Program-made: the position numbers and the translations under genes
Part shown: positions 54,397 to 63,650 of the stretch, piece after piece
Position numbering within the stretch: position 1 is the stretch's first letter
Layout of the letters: every line of letters starts with the position of its first letter
Source of the DNA: a virus
Taxonomy: Duplodnaviria > Caudoviricetes
Reading direction: 5' to 3' (one strand)
DNA length: 64,000 nucleotides
Virus record (IMG/VR): IMGVR_UViG_3300048672_000282
Coordinates: 810-64,809 of that record
The notes under the pieces: model-generated
Databases searched by the model: none
What the model was told of the DNA's origin: nothing
What the model saw: only the letters and a program-made list of their open reading frames with translations

Positions 54397-56727
54397 TTAG
54401 CCTTGAGTTACCGAAAAGTCATCCACATAAAGACTATATGTGGTTCCACCCCAGCATTCGGTACTAACCTCCATAACGCCTGTATACGTTGGCGTAAACT
54501 GAACTATAACCTGTTCCCACGTATCGGCATTAGCCGTCATGTTAGTTGAATGATCAAAAATTGTACTCGAAATAACACCATTAATTTGCAATTCCTTACA
54601 CATTAACCGAGCTGTTAAGCCAGTGTTTGTACGGCGCATATAAACACTTGCTGTAACTTGTATTCCAGCTATAACGTAAACTTGAGCAATAACCAAAAAG
54701 AAAGGATAACTTGAACTAACATAGGTTGCTGTTGTTGGCGACAACTTCCACGCTATTCCTGATGCTGTATTTCGTATTGAACTTTCGGATGCTATTGTTC
54801 CATTTTGCAATGTGTTTAATACAATACCGCTTGCATCTTGAGTATATGCACCCGGCATTTGTTGAGATACACCACGATAATGTAATGCTGATGCAGCGAC
54901 AGTTACCGGCGTAGAATCGCTTTGAGTGCAATTAATTAAAAATAACTTTCCTAATGCTGCCACAACCGCACCAGTCGTATTTCCTGACATAGACGCGCCA
55001 ATAACTGCATTATATGACGCATCAGCTTCTATACCTTGCGTACCATTAGCTTTTATATAATTTACAACAAGTCTATTATAATAGCGAAGTGATATACCGC
55101 TTGTACCATTGCCATTTAATTTTGTTGCTGAAATTGTATTTCCATCATAAACTAATAACCCATAGGTACTATTTGCATTTGCTTCGTTTAATGTTACTGT
55201 ACTATAAAATAAACTGGTAGAATCAATTCCAAAGGTAATGTTGTTATTTGCTGCACCAAAATTAATAGTATGATAATAACCTCCAATAATAGCTCCAGCA
55301 TCTCCACAATTATTACAAGCTAATATCGACAATGACCCACTATCAGCTGTAGATGTAAAATTTATGCCATTAAAATATCTAACAAATGCTAACTTTTCCA
55401 AACCTATATAATCTTTACCAGAATTATATAGCCCATATCCTAAACCATTCTGTCCATCAAACCACGTTTCCAAGGTTTGAGATGACATATCTGTTGTGTC
55501 CCAGCCACCTGAGTAAGATATTAAGCTTCCAGACGTTCCAGCTTCATTTATAATCTGAACCTGAGTAGAAGATGATGCGGCTGGACTGGTTTTTATTGTT
55601 TCTCTTTTATACGTTGTTACTGATTCTGTATTTCCAAAATAAGCGCGAGTTGGGCTTGTGGTTGGTATGCTATTACTTGATCTATCAAGCATTATGCGAG
55701 TGCTATTTATAGACTGAATCCCATAAAATGTCTCACCAGCTGTATTCTTTCCAATCAAACTTTGCAGTGATAATGAATCGTCTGATGATGAATTTTTAAC
55801 GGCGATAATATTATCGATAAGGAATGTTTGAGCGCCTCTATCAGTTACTACTTTAAACGCTACTGAATGAACTTGACTTTGTAAATTTCCACCTGTGTTT
55901 ACAGTAATTGGAACCCATTGGTTCAATGCGCCAAGTGCAGGTATAGCAAAGGTGTTAACTGTTCCAGTGCCATCGTCCTGATCAGAAAGAACCATGCTAA
56001 TATCACCAGCAACAACGACTGTTCCAGCCGTTTGTTTTATCCAAAAGCTTAATTGCTGGTATCCGCTAAAATCAACATCAGTGCCAATAGTATGATATGC
56101 AGCAACACCCGTTCCGTAACCAGCACCTATTGCAATTTGAAGACACTCGCCGCCTTCTTTGTAGTCAGTTGTTACGATGCTGGGCGTTATATTAACTGCA
56201 TCTGCTCTTGACCAATTTGTTTTAGTGCCACGATTACCTGTTAAAGAAACAGTTTTTGTGCATTCCGTAGCAAGTTTTACCCTACATGCGGTTATTTTAC
56301 GTACCGTACCTGTAGCACCACCCGTACCATTACCAACAGAATTAGTACCATCGGCATTAAGTAAGGTGAAGTCGTTACCTGAAACAGTTACATCCCAAAC
56401 ACCATTAGCTTTGGTGTTTGTTGTATGCCCATTAATAATGATAGTATCGCCTGTAACTAGGCCATGTCCGGCCTTTGTCACGACAATAGGTGTGCCGCTT
56501 GTTGAAGATGTTGGCGCAAATGTGGCTGAATACGGCCCTTCTGTCCATGTTGCAGAACCAACAGACGTAGGATTAGGACTGCCCATAATACGGACAGTAT
56601 CGCCTGGCGCTGTCGCCGCCGCAACAAGGTTGCTTATTGATTTACGGCGCGTAGCGAAACTGTCACCATTACCGGCGCTGGCATTTGAATCTGTGCCAGC
56701 GTTACTATCTACATACCACGTAGTCAT
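54397..56727 (-). CDS. Tail spike/fibre with carbohydrate-binding and beta-helix domains
   Basis: MTTWYVD..G.D...G.S; HGLVTGD; DFSGYQQLSFWIK; Asn/Gly beta-helix repeats. Confidence 0.7.
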   Translation of the reverse strand: MTTWYVDSNAGTDSNASAGNGDSFATRRKSISNLVAAATAPGDTVRIMGSPNPTSVGSATWTEGPYSATFAPTSSTSGTPIVVTKAGHGLVTGDTIIINGHTTNTKANGVWDVTVSGNDFTLLNADGTNSVGNGTGGATGTVRKITACRVKLATECTKTVSLTGNRGTKTNWSRADAVNITPSIVTTDYKEGGECLQIAIGAGYGTGVAAYHTIGTDVDFSGYQQLSFWIKQTAGTVVVAGDISMVLSDQDDGTGTVNTFAIPALGALNQWVPITVNTGGNLQSQVHSVAFKVVTDRGAQTFLIDNIIAVKNSSSDDSLSLQSLIGKNTAGETFYGIQSINSTRIMLDRSSNSIPTTSPTRAYFGNTESVTTYKRETIKTSPAASSSTQVQIINEAGTSGSLISYSGGWDTTDMSSQTLETWFDGQNGLGYGLYNSGKDYIGLEKLAFVRYFNGINFTSTADSGSLSILACNNCGDAGAIIGGYYHTINFGAANNNITFGIDSTSLFYSTVTLNEANANSTYGLLVYDGNTISATKLNGNGTSGISLRYYNRLVVNYIKANGTQGIEADASYNAVIGASMSGNTTGAVVAALGKLFLINCTQSDSTPVTVAASALHYRGVSQQMPGAYTQDASGIVLNTLQNGTIASESSIRNTASGIAWKLSPTTATYVSSSYPFFLVIAQVYVIAGIQVTASVYMRRTNTGLTARLMCKELQINGVISSTIFDHSTNMTANADTWEQVIVQFTPTYTGVMEVSTECWGGTTYSLYVDDFSVTQG

Positions 56728-56730
56728 GGC

Positions 56731-56922
56731 TTACAACAATTCTTTAAGCGCCGCGCGTTCCTCATCACTCATTGCACCAAGCTTACTCAAAGTTTGACGC
56801 TTGAATGCAGCTGCATCCATCGCTTTTTTCTTTTCTTTAGCCAGTGCTTTTAGTGCATCAATCTGATTAACCAGTTCCAACCGCTCTTCATTGAGCGTGA
56901 TTTCTTCTTGTGACAGTGCCAT
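56731..56922 (-). CDS. Small coiled-coil protein
   Basis: 63 aa in the late operon. Confidence 0.55.
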   Translation of the reverse strand: MALSQEEITLNEERLELVNQIDALKALAKEKKKAMDAAAFKRQTLSKLGAMSDEERAALKELL

Positions 56923-57015
56923 TGCTTTATTCCTATAATAATGTATAATACCAATGTGGCTAGGGATTCGAACCCGAAAACTCCTTCAGTAAGAGCGCCA
57001 CATCCATTTACTGAA
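56922..57015 (+). promoter_or_regulatory. Promoter and structured leader of the HNH cassette
   Basis: TTGCTT-16-TATAAT; ATGTGGC...GCCACAT three-way junction; loop TTCAGTAA complementary to TTACTGAA. Confidence 0.6.
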
Positions 57016-57032
57016 ACTTAACTGGAGTTATC

Positions 57033-57588
57033 ATGAAACAAAAATTATTACCCCTCTGTTGAATTTCTTAATGAGTGCTTCACTTATAATCCAGATTCAG
57101 GTGAACTATTTTGGAATTATAGGCCATTACACCACTTTTCTAATTCAGGCAGACAAACAATGTTTAATAATTTGTATGCCTATAAATCTGCCTCTACATT
57201 TTCTAATACAACTGGCTATCTTCAAATAACCATTAGTATACAAAAAAAGAAATCGCCATATAGAATACACCGTATCATTTATAAAATGATGACAGGTTTA
57301 GAACCTGATGAAATTGACCATATAAACCATATTCGTACTGATAATCGTTGGGTTAATTTAAGAAACTCATCTTCCACTCAAAATAAACAAAATAAATCGA
57401 TGCACCACAATAACGTAACTAAACGCAAAGGAGTTACATTTCATAAACTTTCCAATAAATTCATGGCTAGAATACAAGTTGATAAAAAACCAATTTATTT
57501 GGGCCTATTCAAAACTTCTGAACTTGCAGAAGAAGCTTATTTAATAGCATCCAAAAAGTATTTTGATAATTTTCACTATCGTAATTAA
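57033..57588 (+). pseudogene. Free-standing HNH-AP2 homing endonuclease with a +1 frameshift at CCCC (57051-57054)
   Basis: GGAG RBS; MKQKLLP then SVEFLNECFTYNPDSGELFW in the next frame; HRII..M, IDHINH.R.DNR..NLR, KGV...ARI....K.IYLG.F. Confidence 0.8.
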
Positions 57589-57615
57589 ATATAAAACACT
57601 AATAAAATCAACATA

Positions 57616-58053
57616 TTATGGCGAACTAGTTATAGTGAAGATACCCGCAGCGTTGTATTGATTAGTCAGGGTATTCCCCGATGTAACTGTAAACACTGAT
57701 GTACTCAACTTTGCCCACGCAATAAGCTTTCCACCTGACGCATAGATAACAGAATACATTACAGAACCAATGTTGCCACTGGATGCCGTGAATATTGAGT
57801 CCGTTGCATCAAACTTAATTTGCTTCGCTGAACCATAGGTTGTAACTAGTACGCCACCCAAAACTTTAGCGCCAGTGTACCCGCCTCCGGTTACAGGATT
57901 CGTTAACTCTGACGTGTTCGACAGAGTGTAGGTTGATGCGTTGCTTGTGCTCTTGTACAGAGCATCGTATAAAACATTTGTATCTAAATCAATCAACCCA
58001 GTGTTTAAGTATTTCTTCGCTTCATTGTAAAGCGTGTAACTTCCAGCCGCCAT
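57616..58053 (-). CDS. Conserved virion structural protein
   Basis: IDLDTN, GGGYT, GNTL....AAGIFT pattern, common next to phage fibre genes. Confidence 0.65.
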   Translation of the reverse strand: MAAGSYTLYNEAKKYLNTGLIDLDTNVLYDALYKSTSNASTYTLSNTSELTNPVTGGGYTGAKVLGGVLVTTYGSAKQIKFDATDSIFTASSGNIGSVMYSVIYASGGKLIAWAKLSTSVFTVTSGNTLTNQYNAAGIFTITSSP

Positions 58054-58155
58054 AATATGTCTCCCGACTATATGAAAAAAATTACCGCCTACATATCCGG
58101 CCAGTAATGATTACCTTTACTTCTATTTTCAAATACAGGAATAACCTGTAAATTA

Positions 58156-59556
58156 TTATGCACATGAAGTATTGAAACTTTTGTGCTTCTCTAATTGTAA
58201 ATCTGCTCCATATTTTATAGTATGTGCAATTAGCCCATCACCTTTTACATCTATTTCAACAAATTCACTAATCATACTTTGTAATTCAAGCCATTCCCAG
58301 CATTGCGTAATCATCCACCCTTCGCACTTAAATTCCCTGTCGCCGCATTTAACTCTGATAACCTCGTTGCCATCGTTCTCAGGCTGTGCGTAAGCATGGT
58401 GTTTGTCATCAATCAGGCATGAATCAAAGCCATATACCGCATACTTGCTAAAGCCTAGCATCAATAAAAGCTGAAAAGCCCTGAGCATAACAGTCATGCC
58501 GCCGTAGACAGGATACACCTCATGCTCTTTACCTGTTTGTTCTGTAAACTCTGCTACCGCTTCCTTTATCGCCTCTGCGCTGCCACAGTGCCACAGTGTT
58601 ATTTGCTCTCTCGGTATCGACTTAACCAGCTCAGGATCGCATTGCGAGGCAATCAGATAATGGCATGACGGGATAATAGGCTCAACAAAACGCTTATTAA
58701 AAGCTCTCGCATCTAAAACAATCTGTAAATCAGGCTTAATTCCGTGTTCAATAGCCCAATTATACGCGCCGTTAACTGTGACTACCGGGATTCCAAACAT
58801 CTTGTTTAATCTTATCTCATCAACATAATCGTTAATGCTTGGCCCACCAGCCAGGATAATAAGCTCTTGTGTTTGCGCCTCGAACGGATGCGCTTCCGGC
58901 AATCCTAATTCAAGGTTTTTTAATATATTGGCCTTAATCTGTTCATCTTCTGTGTTGACACTTGAACGTGCCTTAACGTCACTTCCATTTGCCCAGGCTG
59001 AAACGATAAATGTACAGAATATTTCATGCTCTACACCATCAATGATATTGCATCCAACCTGTTCAAGTTGTTCTTTCCACCATTCATAAGGTTTAACTGT
59101 AAGGTGTAGTTGTTCTCCTATGAGCTGCCCTAAACTATCTTCTTTAGTGCATATCTGGAAAAAAACATAACGCGAACTTGTGACAATATTCCTTAGCACA
59201 TCCTTAACTTTGTGCTCTGGTATATGTTCCATAACATCTGTACAAAACCCGAATTTGGCAATTTCGCCTTTAATTGGTTTAGTAATATCATGTTGCTCAA
59301 ATGACAGATTATCGCCTAAACTATTTCTTACTTCTTCATCTAAACAGTTATCGGTGAAATCCAGCATCCTAACCTTTGCATAGGCTGATAACCTTAATGC
59401 TGCCCTTCCAGTGCCACAGCCATAATCGATAATCGTATCGGATTTTCTTGGCTTGGCTTGTTTAACAAATTCATCTACACAAATATCACCAGGCGACCAA
59501 TCCCTATATTCTTGATGGTTCCAAACTTTTTGATATTTTTGAACTTCTATTTGCAT
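58156..59556 (-). CDS. Fusion of a class I SAM methyltransferase and a Maf/MptE-like (DUF115) domain
   Basis: IDYGCGTGRA, FCTDVMEHIP; IILAGGPS, TVNGAY..I.PD...LDAR, GG.TV.LRA..L..LGF....YGFDSC. Confidence 0.75.
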   Translation of the reverse strand: MQIEVQKYQKVWNHQEYRDWSPGDICVDEFVKQAKPRKSDTIIDYGCGTGRAALRLSAYAKVRMLDFTDNCLDEEVRNSLGDNLSFEQHDITKPIKGEIAKFGFCTDVMEHIPEHKVKDVLRNIVTSSRYVFFQICTKEDSLGQLIGEQLHLTVKPYEWWKEQLEQVGCNIIDGVEHEIFCTFIVSAWANGSDVKARSSVNTEDEQIKANILKNLELGLPEAHPFEAQTQELIILAGGPSINDYVDEIRLNKMFGIPVVTVNGAYNWAIEHGIKPDLQIVLDARAFNKRFVEPIIPSCHYLIASQCDPELVKSIPREQITLWHCGSAEAIKEAVAEFTEQTGKEHEVYPVYGGMTVMLRAFQLLLMLGFSKYAVYGFDSCLIDDKHHAYAQPENDGNEVIRVKCGDREFKCEGWMITQCWEWLELQSMISEFVEIDVKGDGLIAHTIKYGADLQLEKHKSFNTSCA

Positions 59557-59807
59557 ATATCTTTTCTCAATACCAAATACGCGCCTTTAATTTCATTCTG
59601 AAAACTTTCAAGCAAAGTTAATCTTTCTTCAAGTTCTGCGTGTTTTATTAAATATTCGTTATATTTTTCTGACCCACACGCTTCTGTTGTAGTCAATCTC
59701 TTATGAAAATCCTGCATTAGCCATATTAGAAGCCCAACCAGCATCCCTCCCATGATAGAAAACAACCCTATCATGAAATGGATTATATCCATGTGCGTGA
59801 CTTCCAT
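59547..59807 (-). CDS. Single-TM coiled-coil protein
   Basis: Hydrophobic N-terminus followed by heptads. Confidence 0.55.
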   Translation of the reverse strand: MEVTHMDIIHFMIGLFSIMGGMLVGLLIWLMQDFHKRLTTTEACGSEKYNEYLIKHAELEERLTLLESFQNEIKGAYLVLRKDICK

Positions 59808-60427
59808 TAGTCTACAGCTGAAACAGTACCAGACCAGAACATCCAGGTTATCTCAATAGTGCCTGTCCATGTTTGTGTGGCGTTTCCGTCCACATCGCCA
59901 GTCGTTGCGTAGGCCGAATTAAGATAAATTTTCTTTGCTGATGAAGTTCCATCCAGAACATCAATAGCATCGGCTGTTACATTATCTAATGGTGTTGGCG
60001 AAACTGCCGTACCAGCTACATTAATTGTTGCTGATGATACAAAAGCAGTTGTCGGCAACAAATCCTGCATTGTTGTAGATAATGTTGTGCTACTTGCCGT
60101 TGCTGTACCTACGCCCACTGCCCCAGTAGAAGACGCATTAAGAGTTGTATCAAGTGCACTGGTGGTTTTTTGTTGTAGCGTACCATTTACACCTATCCAG
60201 GATATTTTTCCTTTTGGCAATGTATAAAGCAATGTGCCTTGATATTCCACACCATTGACTACCGTTTGCTCAACGTTTGTTAACGTCAATGTAGTTTCAA
60301 TCAATGGCCCAATCTGCCGATGCGCTACGCTTAGTCCGGTAATTGATGCTGGCGTACCTATTTTAGAGCCTGTAACAGATACAGGATTCATCCGTCCAAC
60401 AGGCGTTTGATCGTCAAAAAAACTCAT
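59807..60427 (-). CDS. Thr-rich structural protein
   Basis: 206 aa, beta-rich, in the late operon. Confidence 0.6.
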   Translation of the reverse strand: MSFFDDQTPVGRMNPVSVTGSKIGTPASITGLSVAHRQIGPLIETTLTLTNVEQTVVNGVEYQGTLLYTLPKGKISWIGVNGTLQQKTTSALDTTLNASSTGAVGVGTATASSTTLSTTMQDLLPTTAFVSSATINVAGTAVSPTPLDNVTADAIDVLDGTSSAKKIYLNSAYATTGDVDGNATQTWTGTIEITWMFWSGTVSAVD

Positions 60428-60468
60428 GATGTTATTCCTTGTCGCCTCACGGCGAGGTTAAATAATAA

Positions 60469-61179
60469 TTACCAATCCGTATCTGTTGCAAATAACTCGC
60501 TCATTTGCGGCTTTGGCGTTAACTGTAAAACTGTTGGGCTTTCAAATTGATGCTGCCTGACTCTTGCAGATACAGGAGGACCGAATATTTGATCAAAACG
60601 CGTAAGATAATAATCTGACTTTTCCTGATTAAACGTGTCCACATCCTGCTTTTTGTAGCACTCATGCAATACCCAATAAATCAAGTCTCGATGGTTTTCT
60701 TCCGGTATTTCAAATTCTTGACTGGCTGATGTAATTTCCGAATCAGGCAAACGAAACACTTCAAGCGATACATACTTTCCTGCATCTGCCAAATCAGGCA
60801 TTGGCGTAAAGCGTATGCTTCTGCCTTGCACTACAGCATAAACCGTTTTACCTGTCATGCCTGAATCTGTGCGCCAGTCTGGATTTTCTGCATCAAGCGC
60901 ATATTTGCTGCGTTTAATTACAAAATTACCGTCAAACAATATGTTTTCGATAACCGTAAGCTTTGGATCAAGTGCATAGGTTGCTATGCCATTCCTTAGC
61001 AGGATTTGAGTATATTGCCTTGAAGAATCATCATACAAAAGATTAGCACGATTACACGCTTGTTTCTCAGCCTCGCTACATTTACGCAATAGACTGGCAT
61101 CGCTCCACAGATAAGACGCTGGGTTTGTATCTCTTAGATAGTCTTCTCTAGCTGTTGCGATAAGCGTTTTAGCTTGCAT
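60469..61179 (-). CDS. Head-tail adaptor (tubular-A-like)
   Basis: R..LRD....LWSD..L....EAE..AC, EIPE..H..L..W....Y.K.D; start re-assigned to MQAKTL. Confidence 0.7.
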   Translation of the reverse strand: MQAKTLIATAREDYLRDTNPASYLWSDASLLRKCSEAEKQACNRANLLYDDSSRQYTQILLRNGIATYALDPKLTVIENILFDGNFVIKRSKYALDAENPDWRTDSGMTGKTVYAVVQGRSIRFTPMPDLADAGKYVSLEVFRLPDSEITSASQEFEIPEENHRDLIYWVLHECYKKQDVDTFNQEKSDYYLTRFDQIFGPPVSARVRQHQFESPTVLQLTPKPQMSELFATDTDW

Positions 61180-61180
61180 A

Positions 61181-61795
61181 TCAGATACCGCTTTGCAAAA
61201 CCTTGAACACAATATCACCCGAAGTCCATGCAGTTACTTTTAATCTTACTGCCGTCATTGGCGTTGTTACGCTTGCGTAAGCGTCTGCACTTGCAGAAGC
61301 AGTTACAGTGAAAGCTAATGGTGTTATAGATGAATCCTGGACAGAATCCAATGTACCCTGAACGGTAAATGATGCTGTGCCAATATCCACTTGATAACCA
61401 TATACAAATGGATGATTATAGGTGTTTAAAGGTATCCACGGTGTTTCGCAGGTTGCGACAATACCAACCGTGATTGCACCAGCTGTTGCTGCATCGACTG
61501 AAACAGAGGTAATTTTGCTGAAATTTACTGTGCTTGTGGTTGTTCCATTATCAGCGCCAGCTTGTGTTGCTGTTAACGCATTACCTGAACCATCAAGGCC
61601 AACAATAGTAAATGTTCGCCCCGCATCTGAACCGGCACAAGTAATGGTTACATGCTGTCCTGTAGGAATTGTAACACTACCTGATGAAGCAAGTACTCCA
61701 TCAATAGTTAATGCACCAGCACCTAATGGTGTCTGAGACTCGCAAACGCCGTCAGCGTCAGTCGCCGTTATGACATACGTATTTGATGTTTTCAT
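61181..61795 (-). CDS. Virion structural/decoration protein
   Basis: DADGVC.SQT, RTFTI.G.D, F.KITSV. Confidence 0.65.
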   Translation of the reverse strand: MKTSNTYVITATDADGVCESQTPLGAGALTIDGVLASSGSVTIPTGQHVTITCAGSDAGRTFTIVGLDGSGNALTATQAGADNGTTTSTVNFSKITSVSVDAATAGAITVGIVATCETPWIPLNTYNHPFVYGYQVDIGTASFTVQGTLDSVQDSSITPLAFTVTASASADAYASVTTPMTAVRLKVTAWTSGDIVFKVLQSGI

Positions 61796-61797
61796 GG

Positions 61798-62577
61798 CTA
61801 CACACTGTATTGTGTTACGCCAAACGTAGACGGATCAAATGATGCCCAAACCTTATAAACTTTTCCACCATCTGTGGCGGCTGTTGGCAAGTAAGTTCCA
61901 CGTACATCACCAGTAGTTGCGGTTGCTGTTGCCGTATCAGCTACAGTGACAGTGCCTAAAGTCTCGATAACGTCATCAACCCAGGCATTCATAAAATCAG
62001 ACTTGCTGGTTAATTTATACGGAAGCCCTAGCACATCGCCCCAACCTAAGTTAATAGTGTTGGTAGTTGCGTTCCCGGCTGAAGTAATGACAAAGCTGTA
62101 TATGTACTTGAACGCCTTTTTACCTGCAAAGGTTTTTTGCGTAGTTCCTGCAGTAAATGTACCTGTCTCTGCCATCGGCACGCCATATACATCATAGCCA
62201 TTAATAGTTACCGTAGTGGCAACAACAGCTGAACCGTGATCGCAAACGCCTGTTACATTACGAGGCACGTCAAGAACCCAAACAAGACGGTTTTCACCAT
62301 TCAGGAACACGGTGCTTGGTGCGGCAATAGCGCCATCAAGTGGTGTGGTGTTATCTGTTGCTGTGGTATAGGTTTTAGTGCTTACATTGGGCAATTCTGT
62401 ACTTGTTGCATCAACCATAAGGCCGTTTATATCAAGTGTGACAGGTGCGCCAAGTGAAATTTTAGTAAGCGGATGAAACGGTACGCCTGGACGACCATTT
62501 GTTGCTTGCATTGCGGGATTTGTCGCATCGCCGTAGAATAACTCAGCAGCGTGCGAAAGATGGTGTTTTGAAGCCAT
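61798..62577 (-). CDS. Virion structural/decoration protein
   Basis: DVPRNV, GYDVYG.PM.E, GKKAFK, G.GDVLGLP, ATATTGDVRGTY.P; immediately downstream of the major capsid gene. Confidence 0.7.
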   Translation of the reverse strand: MASKHHLSHAAELFYGDATNPAMQATNGRPGVPFHPLTKISLGAPVTLDINGLMVDATSTELPNVSTKTYTTATDNTTPLDGAIAAPSTVFLNGENRLVWVLDVPRNVTGVCDHGSAVVATTVTINGYDVYGVPMAETGTFTAGTTQKTFAGKKAFKYIYSFVITSAGNATTNTINLGWGDVLGLPYKLTSKSDFMNAWVDDVIETLGTVTVADTATATATTGDVRGTYLPTAATDGGKVYKVWASFDPSTFGVTQYSV

Positions 62578-62702
62578 GATAAAAATCCTTCTGTCATCTC
62601 GACAGTAGAAGCTCGTTAGAGCATTTAATAGGCTGGATTAAACCAGATAGATATTATATAGCATGTTTTTACTTTTGTGTAAATTTATTTTTTACTAAAA
62701 AT

Positions 62703-62729
62703 AAAAAAGCCCACTTTAACATGGGCTTT
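62703..62729 (-). terminator. Intrinsic terminator after the major capsid gene
   Basis: AAAGCCCAT-GTTAAA-GTGGGCTTT followed by a U-tract. Confidence 0.75.
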
Positions 62730-62751
62730 AATATTTCATTAACTGGCTAAA

Positions 62752-63399
62752 CTAGGAGCCTTGAGATCCCCAGATTCCGCGAAAATCACTCCAACCGAAT
62801 GAGTAACGTTCACGCGCCTTAAAGCGGAAATTTCCAGTATTAAAGTCATCTTCCATCTTGGTATTGATCGCAACACGAGTAAATCCACGCAAAGAATCAG
62901 TTGCATCGCTCTTTACAAACCATGCGTCTGAGTCAGTTAACCGAGTTACAATAATTGGATCACGCCCAAAAATACCTTTTTTATTGATAGCATTAACATC
63001 ATTGTCCGCTGTGTTAGTACGCAATGCACTGTCAAGCAAACGACAGGTTACGAATTCCAATTCAGGAGGGATGATAACATCAACAGCTTTCAATGCTATC
63101 GGAATACCACGATTATCTTTACATTTGCGAATCTGAATCAAAATATCTTCTAAAGAAGATTCTGAAATATCCGCTGGTGTGCTCAAAATGTTACTCTGAG
63201 TTCCACCATCTAAAGGATGGTTAGTAGCCATCAATGCCACACCATCACCACCAGTATAAGAGCCAGAAAATCCGTTATTTAAAACGGATGCGGCCTTTAT
63301 TTCTTTAGTATGCTGCATACTTCTTGCCAATGCGCGTGCGTATTTACTGCCCATGCTCATGTACAGGTTGTCTTCAATCGCTTCTTGTGTAATGCTAAA
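62752..63399 (-). CDS. Major capsid protein, exon 2
   Basis: FSITQEAIEDNLY...ARALARSM.HTKE..AA.VLN, GGDGVAL....HP, DF.TGN.RFKARERYSFGWSD.RG. Confidence 0.9.
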   Translation of the reverse strand, partial: FSITQEAIEDNLYMSMGSKYARALARSMQHTKEIKAASVLNNGFSGSYTGGDGVALMATNHPLDGGTQSNILSTPADISESSLEDILIQIRKCKDNRGIPIALKAVDVIIPPELEFVTCRLLDSALRTNTADNDVNAINKKGIFGRDPIIVTRLTDSDAWFVKSDATDSLRGFTRVAINTKMEDDFNTGNFRFKARERYSFGWSDFRGIWGSQGS

Positions 63400-63650
63400 C
63401 CATGTATTCAACAAACTGCGTTAGGGTTTGCCCGGTACTTAACCAGCTAACAATTACTTGTTAGAGTAGACTATCTCTTAAACCGCTTACGGTTTCTCTG
63501 CGCTTCGGGCTACTTAGCCCTACTCCCTTTCGGGATAGTCGTTACACCTTCCTCTTTCGAGGCTTGGCACGGTATTGTCCAATTTTGGATATTCACCGTT
63601 TTCACAGAGTTTTCATTAGTGAGTTACCTCACTACGCGCCCATTGTCTTA
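63400..63650 (-). ncRNA. Group I self-splicing intron, 251 nt, IA-type core, no ORF
   Basis: 5' exon ends in U and the intron ends in G; P3 CUCUGUG/CGCAGAG, P4 ACGGUG/UACCGU, P7 GACUA/UAGUC, P7.1, P7.2, P8, P9; excision restores ETVALA-FSITQEAIED. Confidence 0.92.

Noticed and set aside
62752-63414. ORF-track call of a 220-aa protein starting MLNTW, with the 86-aa upstream ORF treated as a separate gene or broken capsid
   Set aside because: The first five codons are intron sequence, and the two ORFs join exactly on splicing
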